From the NCBI GenBank assembly GCA_016748015.1, contig JAAOMT010000134.1, positions 68,757 to 132,756 of the forward strand: DNA of 64,000 bases, in the 5' to 3' direction. Below are positions 13,901 to 28,100 of this stretch, piece after piece. Numbering within the stretch: the first letter of the stretch is position 1; every line of letters starts with the position of its first letter. Source of the DNA: Geosiphon pyriformis uo1. Its lineage: Eukaryota; Fungi; Glomeromycota. A program made the position numbers and the translations under genes. A model generated the notes under the pieces. The model worked only from the letters and a program-made list of their open reading frames with translations, searched no databases and had not been told where the DNA came from.

Positions 13901-16900
13901 GATATTGATTTTCTTCTTCACTAAACTAAATCTAGATGCTAATTGAACTATTGTTATTGCTAGAATTTCTAGTGCTATTTTCAAATCAATGCTGGTGTGC
14001 AAATATGGTTCCAATTTAATGACTGTTTTTCTCAGATATCTGAAATCAAATTCTATATTGATATTATGTGCACATTCTGGCATAATATCTTTCTCATTAT
14101 CATTGTACTATTTTAATTTTTATTCTATCAATAAATTTGGGAACATAATGTATTGTTTGAAGTTATAATTGGAGTTTGAATTATTATTGTTATTGCTATA
14201 GTAAACAGCATTGGAACTGTTGTTGTTATTATTATCAAAGTCTAAATCAGAATTGAATTTTAATTCCAATTTTATTGTGCATTCGCCAATTGGTTCATCC
14301 TTTTCAGATATTAAATAGATCATTTATGGTAGTAAATTATAAATAAAATCACACTTATTACAATATTTGAAGTTATATGGTATTAAACAATGATCACATA
14401 GTCAGATATTCAGTTCTTTTAACTATTGCTCTTGCTCTTTTTTAGTGAATGCCAATTCTTAGTAGTATTTGTGGAATTGTTCTGGGTCTATAATATTGAA
14501 GATAATATTAGAGTTTGAAATCCAAATGCTTTCTTCAGATTCTGGTGGGTTGTTTTTAATTGTTTTGATTTTTTTTAAAGATGTATCTTTGATTTTAGTG
14601 ATTGCTATTCTCCAGATTTTGTTATCATTGTGTAGCAACTGTCTAAATGTTTTGCACTTCTTTTCCAAACAGTGTCTATTGGTGTTTTTTTTTTACCCAA
14701 TTACTTATAAGAATTATGTATTAACATAATTTGTTGTATATTCCTCCATGACCAGAAATGTTGTTCCACGTTTTTTTATCTAAAAAGGTTTTTCCACAAG
14801 CAGAACATGATTTGTTGTCCCATTTTTTTTGTCTTTTTGGTTATCTAAAATGTTCTAAGATACATAATTAACAGTAGAACTTGGTTGTCATTGGTCATTT
14901 TTCATTGTTGCCACAGCATACACTTATTGTTAACAATTTCTTGCCACAATTAATGCAAATTAATTTGAATTAGCAATAAGTTAATTGTTTCTGATTGGTA
15001 GTAGCACATAATAAATATGTAAAAATGGTTGCTTAGAATGTTTTTTTCTTTTTTTCTTTTTTTTTTTCTTTTTTTTTCATGTAGATACTGATGGTAAGTT
15101 GTTATAATTATTGTCAGTCTAGGAGACTTAATAAGTTTCCCAGATAAATTTCTTTTCTTTTTCCTTAAACTCAATTAATGGCTGCTTATTGGTGGTGGTC
15201 TTAAAATATCTACAAGTGGCTGGTACTTGAATGTTCTAACTATTTTGACTCAGTTGTAATTTCTGAGTATTTCAGTTGAATATGGTGTTGGTTTTGAACA
15301 GCCAGTTATTACCAATAAGAGCTTAGTACTAAGTGGTTTTTATTACCAACACTTTAATTAGTACTTTAATGTTATTAACTTTGAATGAGAAGTTGTTAAT
15401 CTTACTAATAAACATTTTTGTTGTTCTATTAGTGGTAATAATTCTAGTACTAACAGCATAATTAACTTAGTAACCTAATTGGTTTATAAGTTGTTATGTA
15501 ATAATACTGTTTGCTAAACTACTATCCAAAATTAATTTGATTGGATGGCTATCTACTTTGGCATTAATGTATATTGTAGTAATTAGTTTGATGTTAAGAG
15601 CAGCTCCACTAAATAATAGTGTTTCTAATGAAGTTTTTATTTCAAAAAAGAATATTGTGGTAAACAATTCATCTTCTGTAATAGTTGTTAATAAAATATT
15701 GTTGGTCAGTAGTTGAGTTTGATTGGGTTTCTGTTTGTTGAATTAGATGTTTTCTAAAGTAATTAAGAGACTTCAATAGTTCTGAAAATTCAGATTTTGG
15801 TTGTACTTAGTTCCTAAACTCTGCTGGCATAATCTTAATAGTTAACTTAATAAACTGGAGATCAGTTGGTACATAACTATTGCCAATCTTTACTTTTGTT
15901 AAGTATGAGTAATTTTCTGTTTTTGGTTTCTGGGTGTTATTTGAAATAAGTTTTGTGGTGGTATTTGAAATGGTTAAAGTTGATAAATAATCTGTGTTTG
16001 CAGTTAATATATTATTAGTGCTAAAAGCTGATAAATTAGTGATAAGTATATTGCTTATTGTATTATTGAGACATAATAAGGTTGATATAATTCTTGATTT
16101 AATTGATAATTCAGAGTTTGAAATTGGGGTTTTGATATTGATTTTCTGATTATTGATTGTTAATTTTGGTATGGCAATCAACTCTTATATGACTTTGTTT
16201 ATTACAATTGTGGCAGATACATGTTTCTTGTGGTCACAATTGATGAGTTAATAATAAAGAGAAACATAACTGATTTTGGAACTAATTGAAGGTTTCTGAA
16301 TTGTCACAACATTGTAGAAGTTGATATATTGCTTAATTTTTAGCTAAGTATTTTTCCAATTTCTGGTTAATAGAATTACTAAATTGTTTTAACTTGGAGT
16401 TCAAGTTAGATAATCTATTTATTACTAGATTAATGACTTGAGTGTAGTTGGCTTCCAGCTTGGCCAATTCAAAATTTTTGGCTTAGATAACTGCATTTTA
16501 GAGTGTTTGTAGATATAATAAACATATATACTAAAAAATGCTATTGTGTAGTCTATAAATAAACTGGTTTAAAATTTGTGGTGCTGTAAAGTAATTCATG
16601 TTAATTGTTTGTATTTGGCACAAATTCCTATAAAAATGTTTTAGGTAAGTAGTGACTGCTTCTATGTTGTCTTGTTTGATGGTGGTGAATGCTATTTTCA
16701 AGCAATTAATACTGTTATTATTGTTAAAGTATCTCAAAAATTCAGTTTTAAACATATTAAAGATGACAGATTTATTAATCAAACTCTAATATCATGAATT
16801 GGCAGTATTTTACAAGAAGTATGAAATAACTTGTAAAGCTTTAGCATTGTCTCAATTATTAGCTATGATTGCTTTGGCAACATTATTGAGCCAAACTTGA

Positions 16901-17768
16901 ATATTATTCTCTTTGCTAGTAAACTTTTTTAACTTAGTGATGAGAGTATATACCATTGGTACTATAATTGGTTGTAATTATTGAAGTTGTTATTAGAATG
17001 ATAGTTGTAGCTGTTGTTACAGCTCTGTAATTGATGCAACTGGTAGTAAATCAATTATGATTATTGAAGATACATTTTGAGAAACAATAAGAGCTGAGTT
17101 TGGATTATTTGGGTTTTGCTGGATCTGAATAATTGGAATTTGGATTTCTGGATTTTCTAAAATTGGGTTTTAATAATTAAATTCCTAATTTTTGTTTTTT
17201 TCTTCTTTTGAGTCAGTTATTTTTCAAGGACTAGTAGCTCCAAAATTGGGTTGAGATGGTGGTAATTAAAATTTTGATGGCATTGGTAATTATAATTTGA
17301 ATTCTTTAAAGTAATTGTTGTAAGTTTTCAATAAATTGGCTTTTTTTTGTTTACTTTAGAATGTTATTTTTGTTAACAGTGGTTTTATGGTTGATGTAGA
17401 CATGTCTGCTAATATTATATTAATAATACTTCCTGATGTATGATAATATAATGGATAAATAGATAAAACTACTCTTGGTTTCTTTCATATAGATAGTTGT
17501 ATGTTTCTTGGTGTTTTTGCTGGTGTTTGTAATTTTTTTTTGTTGTTGTCTACAAAGATAATAGAAAATTTTTGTTTGGTGTGTTTTTCAATTTCTGTGA
17601 TTATTGGTATAAACTAAATGAAATTTAATTTTTTTGTTAATGTAGAAATTAAAAATTGATTCTGCTGGCCAATAGTTGCTTGTTAATCCTAAATGAGTTT
17701 AATAATGTTAGAATAAAACTTTTATAAATTTCAAGTGTTTTGTCCTTGTTTTTTTTTGGTTCTGTTAC
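10986..17768 (-). pseudogene. gag-pol: Degenerate gag-pol of G
   Basis: Track fragments 11455-11784 (RT), 13868-14083 (dUTPase) and 16531-16782 (capsid) match plus-strand copies. Confidence 0.85.
12053..12968 (+). repeat. Solo LTR (916 bp) inserted in RT of G
   Basis: TGTTAT...ATAACA; TSD ACAA (12049-12052 / 12969-12972); removal restores KLNSVICRDSY; R/U5 like the other A-family LTRs, U3 distinct. Confidence 0.9.
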
Positions 17769-18070
17769 TGTTCTTAATAATTATTGTTGATGCTGGTTTT
17801 TTGCTGGATTATATCTTATAAAGAGCACCAAATATTATAAATGATTATTTGGATGGTTGGAATAAATAACAAACTCATAACTTGGTGTTTAATAGTTGAA
17901 TGATGTTGGTAAATCTGAAAGTTTTTGTGAAGTTTTTTGTATAATAAACAGAGATTTAATAAGAATATCTTTTTTGTGATGTTTTTAGTTTCTTTTCTAA
18001 CTCTTAAATTGATATGCTTTGGTGTTCATTACTTTTCAAAATATCTATATTTCATCAATTTTTTTTTCCG

Positions 18071-18307
18071 TATTACTTATAGAATATAGAAATTATAGTA
18101 GTATATATATTAGCCAATTAGAAGTAGATATAGTAAAATATAAAATTCCAGAATTTCTTTCAGAAGAATTCCAGAATTCCAGAAATTACAGAATTTTCAT
18201 ATAAAGAATTGCAGAATTTCAGAATTGTAGAATTCCTCTTAAGAAATTGCAGGATTTCAGAAATTCTGGAATTTCTGGTAAGAAAAATTAAGAAATTTCA
18301 AATATGT
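18071..18307 (+). repeat. 5' part (U3) of an A/D-type LTR (putative 5' LTR of E), cut at the TATA box by C
   Basis: TATTACTTATAGAA start, CCAAT box, GAATTGCAG array; stops at AATATGT where the next TGTTAC begins. Confidence 0.85.
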
Positions 18308-19092
18308 TGTTACTCATAAAAAGAAAACAGATATAGAAAAATAGTAGACCAATAAGAAAGTAGTAGTTAGCATATAAGCACATTGCTTAGCAATATGGAG
18401 CAATGTCAGAAATATGGCACATTGCTCAGCAATGTGAGCATTGCTTGAGAAATTATAGCACATCACTCGAGAATGTGAGTGATCTTGTAGAACCCAAATT
18501 ATGTATATATAGTGGTAGTATTAGAAGTAGAAAAGACAGACCTCCCAGTTTAAATTTAATCTAAGCAACCTTTCCATTCACAAATATCAATAAATAATTA
18601 TTCACTATCTTAATTCACTCTCTACTATCAATACTTCATGTTAATAACAATTGATACTTAACAACACTGGAACAATAGCTCTTAATCATGGCTATTGACA
18701 GAATACTAATTTGCAATTGCATTGGCTCATTTTTTTATTTTTTTTTCTTTGATTTTATTGTTGTGTACTAAATTAATTAAGAGGATTAAAGCGCTGAGTT
18801 ATTGACGTCATGAATAGCTTGATAAAAGACCCAGAAATAAGAGTAGAATTATATATATTAACAGACAGCTTACCAGAAGAGCATGACTGTCAGATTAAAC
18901 CGACCACTATGCTGAAGACAAAAATTAGGAAAACAACTTGAGAAAAACAACTTAAACCAATCATAGTAAATCTCTGTTCATTATACAAAAAACTCTGCAA
19001 CAAACCTTCAGATATTAACACCAGAATACCAAACTAGTACCAAGTTACAGATTTGTTATTTGACTTGAGACCCCAAATAATTATCTGTAACA
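18308..19092 (+). repeat. 5' LTR of C (785 bp)
   Basis: TGTTAC...GTAACA followed by TT+TGGTGCTCCC; CACATTGCTCAGCAATGTG palindromes in U3. Confidence 0.93.
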
Positions 19093-19154
19093 TTTGGTGC
19101 TCCCTGTAAAGTATAATTCTACAGAGAACCAGCATTAACAACAATCATCCAAAA

Positions 19155-22100
19155 GTGGCAGAATCAGAAATCATAGGAACAAACTATTTAGAATTTGTCA
19201 AATCCTTGTTTCAACAGTACAGCCAACAATTAGGATTAAACAATAATCATTTCCCAGCAGAATCAGCCTTTAACTTCTATGTTAACAATAAAATCACAGA
19301 CTGCTTAGAAGAAACAGTTGACATTGAATTCACAAGAAAAAACTTCTATACAGAATTATTTCAACATACCAGTTTACCAAGAAACTACAGTTTTGCACTA
19401 ATCATCAGGGAAATTAATCAAACCATTGAAAGGTATGTGCAACAACAATTCCCTATCACTTATGCAGACAAAGGCAAAGAAAGGTTGCAAACACCAGCAG
19501 TGACACCAAAACAAATACAACCACCCATTTGGAAGAAAACCAGAGTTGAATCACCAGCAAACCCATCATACTACTATACACTCAAAAGTGCTATTAACAT
19601 CACATCAACAGGCATGTCCACATTAACTATAACATCAACATTTGGATGATTCCAATTCCAGTGTAAACAAAGAAAAGAAGATCTTCTAGAACCATACGGC
19701 ATGTATTTTGAAGGATTCAAGTCACAATTGCCAATGCCATCAGGACTTTGATCTTTGCCACTCCAATCCAATTTCAGAACCACAAGTCCTTAGGAAATAA
19801 TGGAATCAGAAGGAGAACAGGAAAAAGAAGAAAAAAAATCTGAAGATCAAGAATTTACTTACCAGAACCTGATCCCAGAAAGTCCAGAAATTGAAACCTT
19901 GAACCTACAAACTCAGCAAAATCTAAACTTGGAAAATCCGGAAATCAGAACTCTGAATATTCAAACACCACTAAATCAAGACAATCTAAACCCCAAATTA
20001 ATTAATCAGCAAAACTTACCTCCAATAATTATCATTGATCAGTCACTAGCTGAACTGATCTAATTACAACAAATACTACTACAACAACCACAACAGCTGC
20101 TTCAACAGCCACAATAACAACTTCAACAACCAAACTTGGATCCAATGGCCTATGCTCCAATAGCAAAACTTGAAAAATTTACCAACAAAGAAGATGACAC
20201 CCAAATATGGCTTAATGACGTTAAAAAAGCCATTGCAGTCAATAGATGGAATGACCAAAGAGCACTCCAAGCCATTCCCTATTTCTTACAGAATACCACC
20301 AATTCGTGGTATTAAAGCTTAGTTGCCAAATCCCAAACATTCCAGAAATTTAAAATTACATTCTTAGAATATTTCAGTAATAATAATAGTATTAACCAAT
20401 TGGCAAACACTTTCACCACCATTAAGCAAGGAGAAAATAAAGCAGTCATTATTTACTTAGGATGCTTCTACAGAAATCTGTGCCAAATCCAGACCATACA
20501 GACTGATTATTTTACAGTACCACAAATTTTGAATTAATTTATTAGAGGCCTGTGCAGCAGCATCCTTTAATGCATACACCTAATGCATCCAGCAGACCTT
20601 CAAGCCGCAGTTACAAATGCCAGAGATTTTGAAGCAGCCAAACTCAAAGCCAATCATGCCCAAACCATAAACCTAGTGATGAATGGATCATCTAACTTGG
20701 ATTCCAAACTAAAGCAATTAAGTGACTCACTCAACCAAAAATTAGAAGGGTACTTAGCTAACAACAATCAAGCCATTTATCAACCTCCTCAACAATACAA
20801 CAATCAGGAAAATAGAAATCAATTCCAAAATCAGTCATGTCTAGCATCTTCTGCAACTAATCAACAGTAGCAGCAGGAAACACGTGCTTGTCACTATTGT
20901 GGTAAACAAGACCAATTGCAAATTGATTGCTGCCAATGTTTAAATAACTAACAATTGGGAAATCAATATCGAAATCCTGATTACCAGATTTAAATTCCAA
21001 ATCATTAATCAAATCCAGCTCTATATTAACCAAATTACCTACTGATAATGCAGTCATTGTATCAAATCCCAATGACACAGCAATTATACTCATCTCCAGT
21101 TTATTAGTCTCCAGCATTAATTTATTAACCACAGTCCCAACCCATTTATCAGCCGCAGCCTCAGATAATTTATCAGCCCCAACAAAATTAAACACTACCC
21201 CAGTACTTATCTCAAAACAGAACCCAAAGGCCAAAACTAACACAACAAAGCTGGAGATTGTCAATGGTAGTCTATCAACTGATCTCCAGTTCCTTAAACC
21301 AGCCATTAGAATCTTAACAATAGAATTTGGGCACCAGATACACCCAAAATCCAAATTCTCAATTCTATTTAAGTCTACTAGTTACCCCAGAAGATGCTCA
21401 ACCCAATAATCTAAAAACCAACCAACAACCTACACTTATCAGCAATATTCTACCAACTACCATCACCGAAAACAAATTACTGGATGTCATCTTCCCATTT
21501 AAACTTGAGGAACTGTCGGCCACATCATTGTTTAAGGGAGCTGCCCTTGAAGAAAAACTTATCATGGCCATGTACACTAATGCCAAAGTCAATGGTCATC
21601 TTATCAAACTGATCCTAAACAATGGATTAGCTGGCAGTATTATCACAAGACAACTCATGGACCAATTAGGTCACCGAGTTGATCAAGCTGCCAGTGCCAA
21701 AATCATAATAGCTAATGGAGCAACTAAAACTCCAATTGGCAAGATTGACGATCTACCTATTGAAATCAATGGCATCATAGTACTCATCAAAGTCCTAGTG
21801 ATGGAAGCAACACAGTACCAAGCACTAATTGGTAATGACTGGCTAGTCAAAACAAATGTCATGCTAGATTGAAACATACAGGAGCTTTAACTTAGCCAAA
21901 ATGGTCGACACACCTGCGTACCAGTCACATGTGGTCATTTCAAGACTACCAACACACCAGCACCTCTTATCAAGTTTGAGGAAAAAGAAAAAAAACCTAT
22001 CTGAGAAGTGTACCAAGTCTCGTGAGCCGATGAAAACCACAATGAGTTATCACTGGTACTCTCATGGGGCAACAACAGGAAAGAAAAGAAAAGAAAAGAA

Positions 22101-24122
22101 CCTATCTGGAATTCCAACCAAGTCTGGGGAACCAACAACAACCAGAAAAAGCTAATAAATTGGGAATAGGAAGAAAAAACAAAAGAAAAAGAAAAGGGGA
22201 AGGAAGAAAAATCAATATTCACTAGCACCATTACTTATAATTTCTATACTATACCACAGCAATCTGCTTATTACTGCCCAAAACTGGTATGCATTGATTG
22301 TGGCAAGAAATTGTCATTAATAGGCATCTACTGTGGTGATGATGAGAAATACCAGACAGCAACCAAGTTCTACTGTTGCTCATGCATTATAGAACATTTT
22401 AGAAGACCAAAATAAGTGAAAAAATAGGATAATGAGCCATGCTTGGCTTGTGGAGAAACTCTTCTTGACAAAGGAATGTGGAATGACATTCCTGGGAGGA
22501 GAGGAACATATAACGAATTGTGTCAATACACGATTCTCATAAGTGACTGAATAAGAAAAGAAACACCTATAGATACTGTCTGGAGACATGCAGTCAAACA
22601 ATTAGACGAATGTCCACATGACGACAACAAAATCTGGTGAATGGCACTTGTCAAAATCAAAGGAGTGTTACCAAAAGAAATAAAAACAATTAAAAATAAC
22701 CCACCTGAACTCATAGAACTTGACTGGGACCCAGAACCAGTCATAAATTTACTAGATCCAGAACAATTCTACAAACACTATTAGGAATTAGCACCCACTA
22801 AAGAGGAACAAGAGCAATGGTTAGAAGAAATCAACATTTGACTATGTGACCATTGTTTAATTCTCTGTGACTTTCAATATTATAATGAGTGTGACCTCAT
22901 TTACAATTCACTAATCCATATGATCTACACAATCTCAGAGGAAGAAGAACCAATCAGCAGCTATGCATCAGAATCGGAATCAAATTTCAATCCTAATTCA
23001 AACTCCGACAACAATAATGACAAAAACAACAGTTCCAGCTCCATTTCAAATAGCAATGAAAATTATGATAATTCAAACTCCAATTCAAACCCTGAAACAT
23101 TTATTGCACTTCTTGACCTCACCAAGGAACAGGAACTTAAATGGTTCAGCAATAGTAGTGAAAGTATCATGTTAGAACATGTACATGATATGAATGCAGA
23201 GTTTGATCTGAGATATCCAGAAAATGATCCCATCAAATTGGAACCACATTTGTGCACCTATATTGATCTTAAAATAGCACTGGAAATTTTAGTGACCACC
23301 ATGGTTTAATTAGCATCTAGGAGTAGTTTAGCAAAAAAGGGAATCAACATTAGAGGAGGAATAATTGATGCAGAATATGTAGGAAATATTATTGCTATAC
23401 TACAAAATAACTCAAAAAAGACCTATACCATAGAGCCAAATAAAAAAATAGCACAGGCAATATTCCTATCTCTGGTGAAAATAGCTCAGTTAGTGTTAGT
23501 AGGAAGCAGGGAAAAATTAAGGATAACAGCAAAAGAAATACAGGAATTTGGATCAACGGATAGAATAGATGTATCAGTTAATATGGCAGAGGAAAAAATT
23601 ATTGACAAAGGAGAAATTATCTCAACCCATCAATCAATTTCTATTCCATCATATAGTCAGTATATGTTAGCCATAAAAAGAGAAGTAAAGAATCAAGCTT
23701 AGTTGTTTGAAGCAGAAGTCACTATTTGTGAATCAGAAGAGATTAGACTTATTAATCTTTACATATCAGTCAAAAGCCAAAAACATCAAAATTCTTATCT
23801 ACAACACAACAGAAAATGTCATTGAGATACCAAAGGGAACCATCATTAAATATTTAACCACTGAAGTTGAGGATCAACTACCAAACCATATTTCAGATTT
23901 TCTACAGCTTTGTGGATATGTGGACATTACATTACAAACCATTTATGGACGAAGTGAATGTTATTTGCTCCAACCAAAACAATTGGAATAGATAAACATG
24001 GGAAATCTAAACCCATTTCAACAGATGCAACTAAGAATGTTACTTAGCAATTTTAATGACATCTTTGCTAGCGAAAATGAATTTGGCTGCACCAACATTA
24101 TCCAACATCAGATTAAGACTGG
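19155..24122 (+). pseudogene. gag-pol: gag-pol of C, 5' part (extension, capsid, CCHC, protease, Cys-rich, dUTPase)
   Basis: MAYAPIAK capsid start at 20145; CHYCGKQDQLQIDC knuckle; decayed LILDSG; dUTPase motifs at ~23170-23560. Confidence 0.88.
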
Positions 24123-25096
24123 TATTACCAAACGAAATTAGAGATATTATTTAGCATGAAATTACCCTTATAATTCCTATTATTAATTAGTATATATTAT
24201 CATTTCAAATTATTATGTATTACATTAGCAAAATATCTGAAATTATCATTTAATTAATAACCCAATTTGTACAAAAACACAAATGTGACTTAATTATAAT
24301 GATCAATTATACAATACCCTGAACTATGTAACATTCAAAAAGTTTGCTGAAATTTGTAGAAATTTGTAGAAATAATTGATAGTTTACCAAAATATCTAAT
24401 AGTTCGCAGAAATAACTTGTAGTTCACCAAAATGTATCTTTAGTTCAGCGAAATTGTAGAAAATAGCAAAGTTCAAGTTCATAAAATAGTGTTATAACAA
24501 GTTGTATAAAAGAAGAGCTTCTCTCTTCAAGAAAATGTATCTTACTTCAGATTTAACAATTAGAATTATTCTTTACACACAAAGACAAAATAAATATCAA
24601 ATAATTTGAAAAACCAAATTCTTAATTATTTCTCTTGAAATTAACCAATTCCTACTAACAGTTTGAAATTGACTAGCTACCAATTTCAGTAAACTGTTAA
24701 AGCACTTCTAGGCTTGGATCCAAAACAACTTCTATAAATTAGTTTTTTTTACTTTTATTTTATTTTTCTTTTTTTTTCTTATTACAATTATTAGGGTAGC
24801 CTACAGACAAGATTCTTGTAAAAAAGTTGACTTTTACAGCAAAGTAACTACACAATTTTAGTGAGCTTCTAGACGAGCAATTCCTGGGAAAGAGTTGATG
24901 TTTACTACAACATAATTACACAAGTAACTGGTAAGGAATTGGCCATTCCACTCATAAGCCCAGTAGTTCAAATTATAGGAGATAATTTGAAAATAAATTC
25001 AGTTACTGAAGGTTCAACCACATCCAGAAAACGTGAATTCACAGCAACCAGGCATCAACAACATTTAGGAAAAGAGACCAAAAACCTCCGGTAACA
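24123..25096 (+). repeat. 5' LTR of B
   Basis: Direct repeat of 33011-33984; TATAAAA at ~24505; followed by TT+TGGTGCT. Confidence 0.96.
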
Positions 25097-25142
25097 TTTG
25101 GTGCTATTCCATAAAAATAACACAGTAACAACAACTTTAAAA

Positions 25143-28100
25143 GTGGTGACCCAAACAGATTTAAGAACTCTAGAGTATTATCAGTCAATTTACACCCACT
25201 GCAAGCAGAGATTTAACATCCCAGATGGAATTGAAACATTCAAGAAAACACTTTACCAATACATTGAAAATCACATCAACAATTATCTTTTTGGAGACTA
25301 CAACATTTCAGAAGTTAGACACAACTTATATAAAAGCTTAATACATCACTCTTGTCTAAACACTCAGAATTTTAACAGTCAAACACTTAAAACATACTTC
25401 CAAGAACTCAACTTTAATATCATTCAGTATTGTGAAGAGAATTACCCAATAGAACAGAAATTTTCTCTTAGTTTTAAATCAGAAACAGAAACAAGCAACA
25501 AAGACAAACAAAAAGCAAAACAACACTCAAAAACCACTCCAAACACTCCAATACTGACAAAGACAACTGCCAAACACTTGCAAACACCTGAACAAAGAAC
25601 CAGCTTTAAATTACCACTTTCAATCACACCATTTCCAGCTTCACTTGTTCAACCACAAACACCAAGTTTACCACTTATTTGGTTTTCAAGAATAGAAGAT
25701 TTTCAGTCACCCAAAAGCCCTATTCAACAACAGGAACCAATATCAACTAGCACAAACCTTATTGACTACTTAACAGAAAATCGAAGTGAAGAGACCAAAT
25801 CAGAACAAGAAACAAAAGACTCAGAAAATAAAGAAAAAATGGTCTCCACATATATTGCAAAAATCTCTGAGTTCACAGGAGAAAACAACGAAACCAGTTC
25901 TTAAGAATGGCTTGACAAAGTCTCTAAAGCAAGAGATGCAAATGGTTGGAATGCTGCCAGGATATTAAAAGCAATCTCATATTTCTTATATGGAATGACT
26001 GGTGAATGGTTTGAAAACTTGGAAGCCCCACCAGAACACTGGGAAGCATTCAAAACTGCTTTTTTAGAACAGTTCACTAACAATAACACTTCCATTACCC
26101 TTCGAAATTGGTTCCAAAATATCAAGCAAGAACCAAATGAATCAGTTATGACCTATCTTGGGAAATTCAACAAACTGCTTAGAAGGATTTGCCAATTAAA
26201 AACCAATGAATACTACTCCAATGCACAAATCTTGGATCAATTCATTGCTGGACTAAAAGACAAACTCATCAAAAAAGTTTGCTCACATGCACCAGAAGAT
26301 TTAGCCACTGCTATTCAACAGGCAAAAAACTATGAAATGGCCATGAAAAAAGCCAACCATACCAAACTTGTTAACCTGGCTATTAAAGAAACCAGCTCAG
26401 CAGCTGAAAAAAAGATTGACCAATTAAACAAGAAAGTTAAAAACTACTTCACCAACCAACAGCAACAACAGTAGCTGCAGCAATCACAACAACTACAAAG
26501 ATACCAACCCCCACAATAATGCAATCAAAACAACTTCAGACCATCATTCAACAACCAAATCCAAAATTGTCATTATTGTGGAATTCCAGGACACTAGAAA
26601 CACGATTGTAGAAAATTGCAATGAGACCAACAACAGAGGAATAATCAATGTTACCCTCCACCACAGCAATCTTATTATCAACCACCACCATCAGCTTACT
26701 ATCTACCAAGACCCCAATACCAAAATAACTATTATCAGCCCACCCCACAGCCAATTCAACAGCAATACCAACAATCACCTACACAATATTATCAGGTACC
26801 TGCTCGAAAATTGATTACACAAAATCAATTTACACCACAAAACCAATACCAAGTAAACAACAATAGAATCAGTTCAAACAACCAATTGGTTCCCTGAAAT
26901 TCCGCTCAACCAAGACCCAACCACTATCACACTCAATTCAGTTATTTAACAATGCCAGAAAAGCAGGATTTTCACCATACTGCACTCTTGGAAGGTAGAG
27001 CTGCAGCACAACAACAAAATTCTTCTCATAATTACACCACTATTTCACCAGCCAGAATTGCTAAAAATGCCAATCTCTCTGATATCTTTCCTTTCAAGTT
27101 CGAAGCCAATGAATCACCATTTCTACTCAGCAATGCTGCTGCAAATAAACAGAAAACAATCACAGCTATGTATACTAAAGCTGAAGTTGAAGGAAAGACA
27201 ATTCACTTAATCCTAGACAGTGGATCCGCTGGAAGTATTATTACTTACCAGTTGATGCAACAGTTAAAGAGAAACATTAACTAACCAGCTCAGACAATTA
27301 TTGTCACTGCCGATTACATGAAAAAGACTCCAGTAGAAAAAATTGACAATTTTCTGTTTACTCTTAATGGAATCACCATTCCAGTCAAAGTTCTTGTAAT
27401 GGATGCTCTTCAGTATTAAGCCCTTGTTGGAAATGACTGGCTTCAAAAAGCCAATGCAAAATTAGATTGAAAAACCCAAAAACTACAAATCTCTTACCAA
27501 GAACAACATGCCTGAGTATCTGCCACTTGTGATACATTCAACAAATGCTCTGAAAAAGCCCTGGCTTTTGAATTTAAACCAGAAAAAAAAAAACCAATAA
27601 TTGAAACATTCATGGCTTTTAGATCAACATCCAATTGGGCTGAGGAAACAGAACAAGAAATCTTTGAAAAATCCAGAGAATAGAAGAAAGTTAGATATTC
27701 TACACTAGAACCATGAAAACAATTACCCTACATTTTACTTAAATGCAGAGATTGTAACAAAAAACTTTCATCAATGAGAGCCTGCATTTCACCTGAAGAA
27801 AAATATAGAAACTATACTTGTTATTACTATAAGGCTTGCCATAGAAAATGATGGGGCCACCTAATAAAAAGAAGTGGAAAATGGAACAACACCCCTTGTT
27901 TGACTTGTGAAAATATGCTACCAGAAGAATGCAATTGGATTGATGTAACAATGAGAGGAGGAGTCTGCGATCAAACTTGCCAATATGCTCTTTCTATTGC
28001 AGAAAAGGTAAAATGTGGAACACCTTTCAATGCCGCATACAATAGTGCTTTCAACAAACTCCATTATTACCCCCATGACGCCGAAATGATCTACAAACTT

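Larger units (their letters stand above)
10275..18070 (-). mobile_element. Element G: heavily decayed Ty3/Gypsy element on the minus strand, both LTRs truncated, integrase deleted
   Basis: 3' LTR stub ~10275-10436; PPT 10437-10452; ORF3 tail; RH/RT ~10986-13250; dUTPase ~13740-14083; gag ~16200-16960; PBS 17814-17830; 5' LTR part 17833-18070. Confidence 0.88.

Noticed and set aside
19095-19111. tRNA gene
   Set aside because: Only a 17-nt complement to a tRNA 3' end (PBS); no cloverleaf.
20857-21877. Antisense and off-frame ORFs from the track (here and elsewhere) as genes
   Set aside because: They are shadows of gag-pol, with unconserved boundaries and no motifs.
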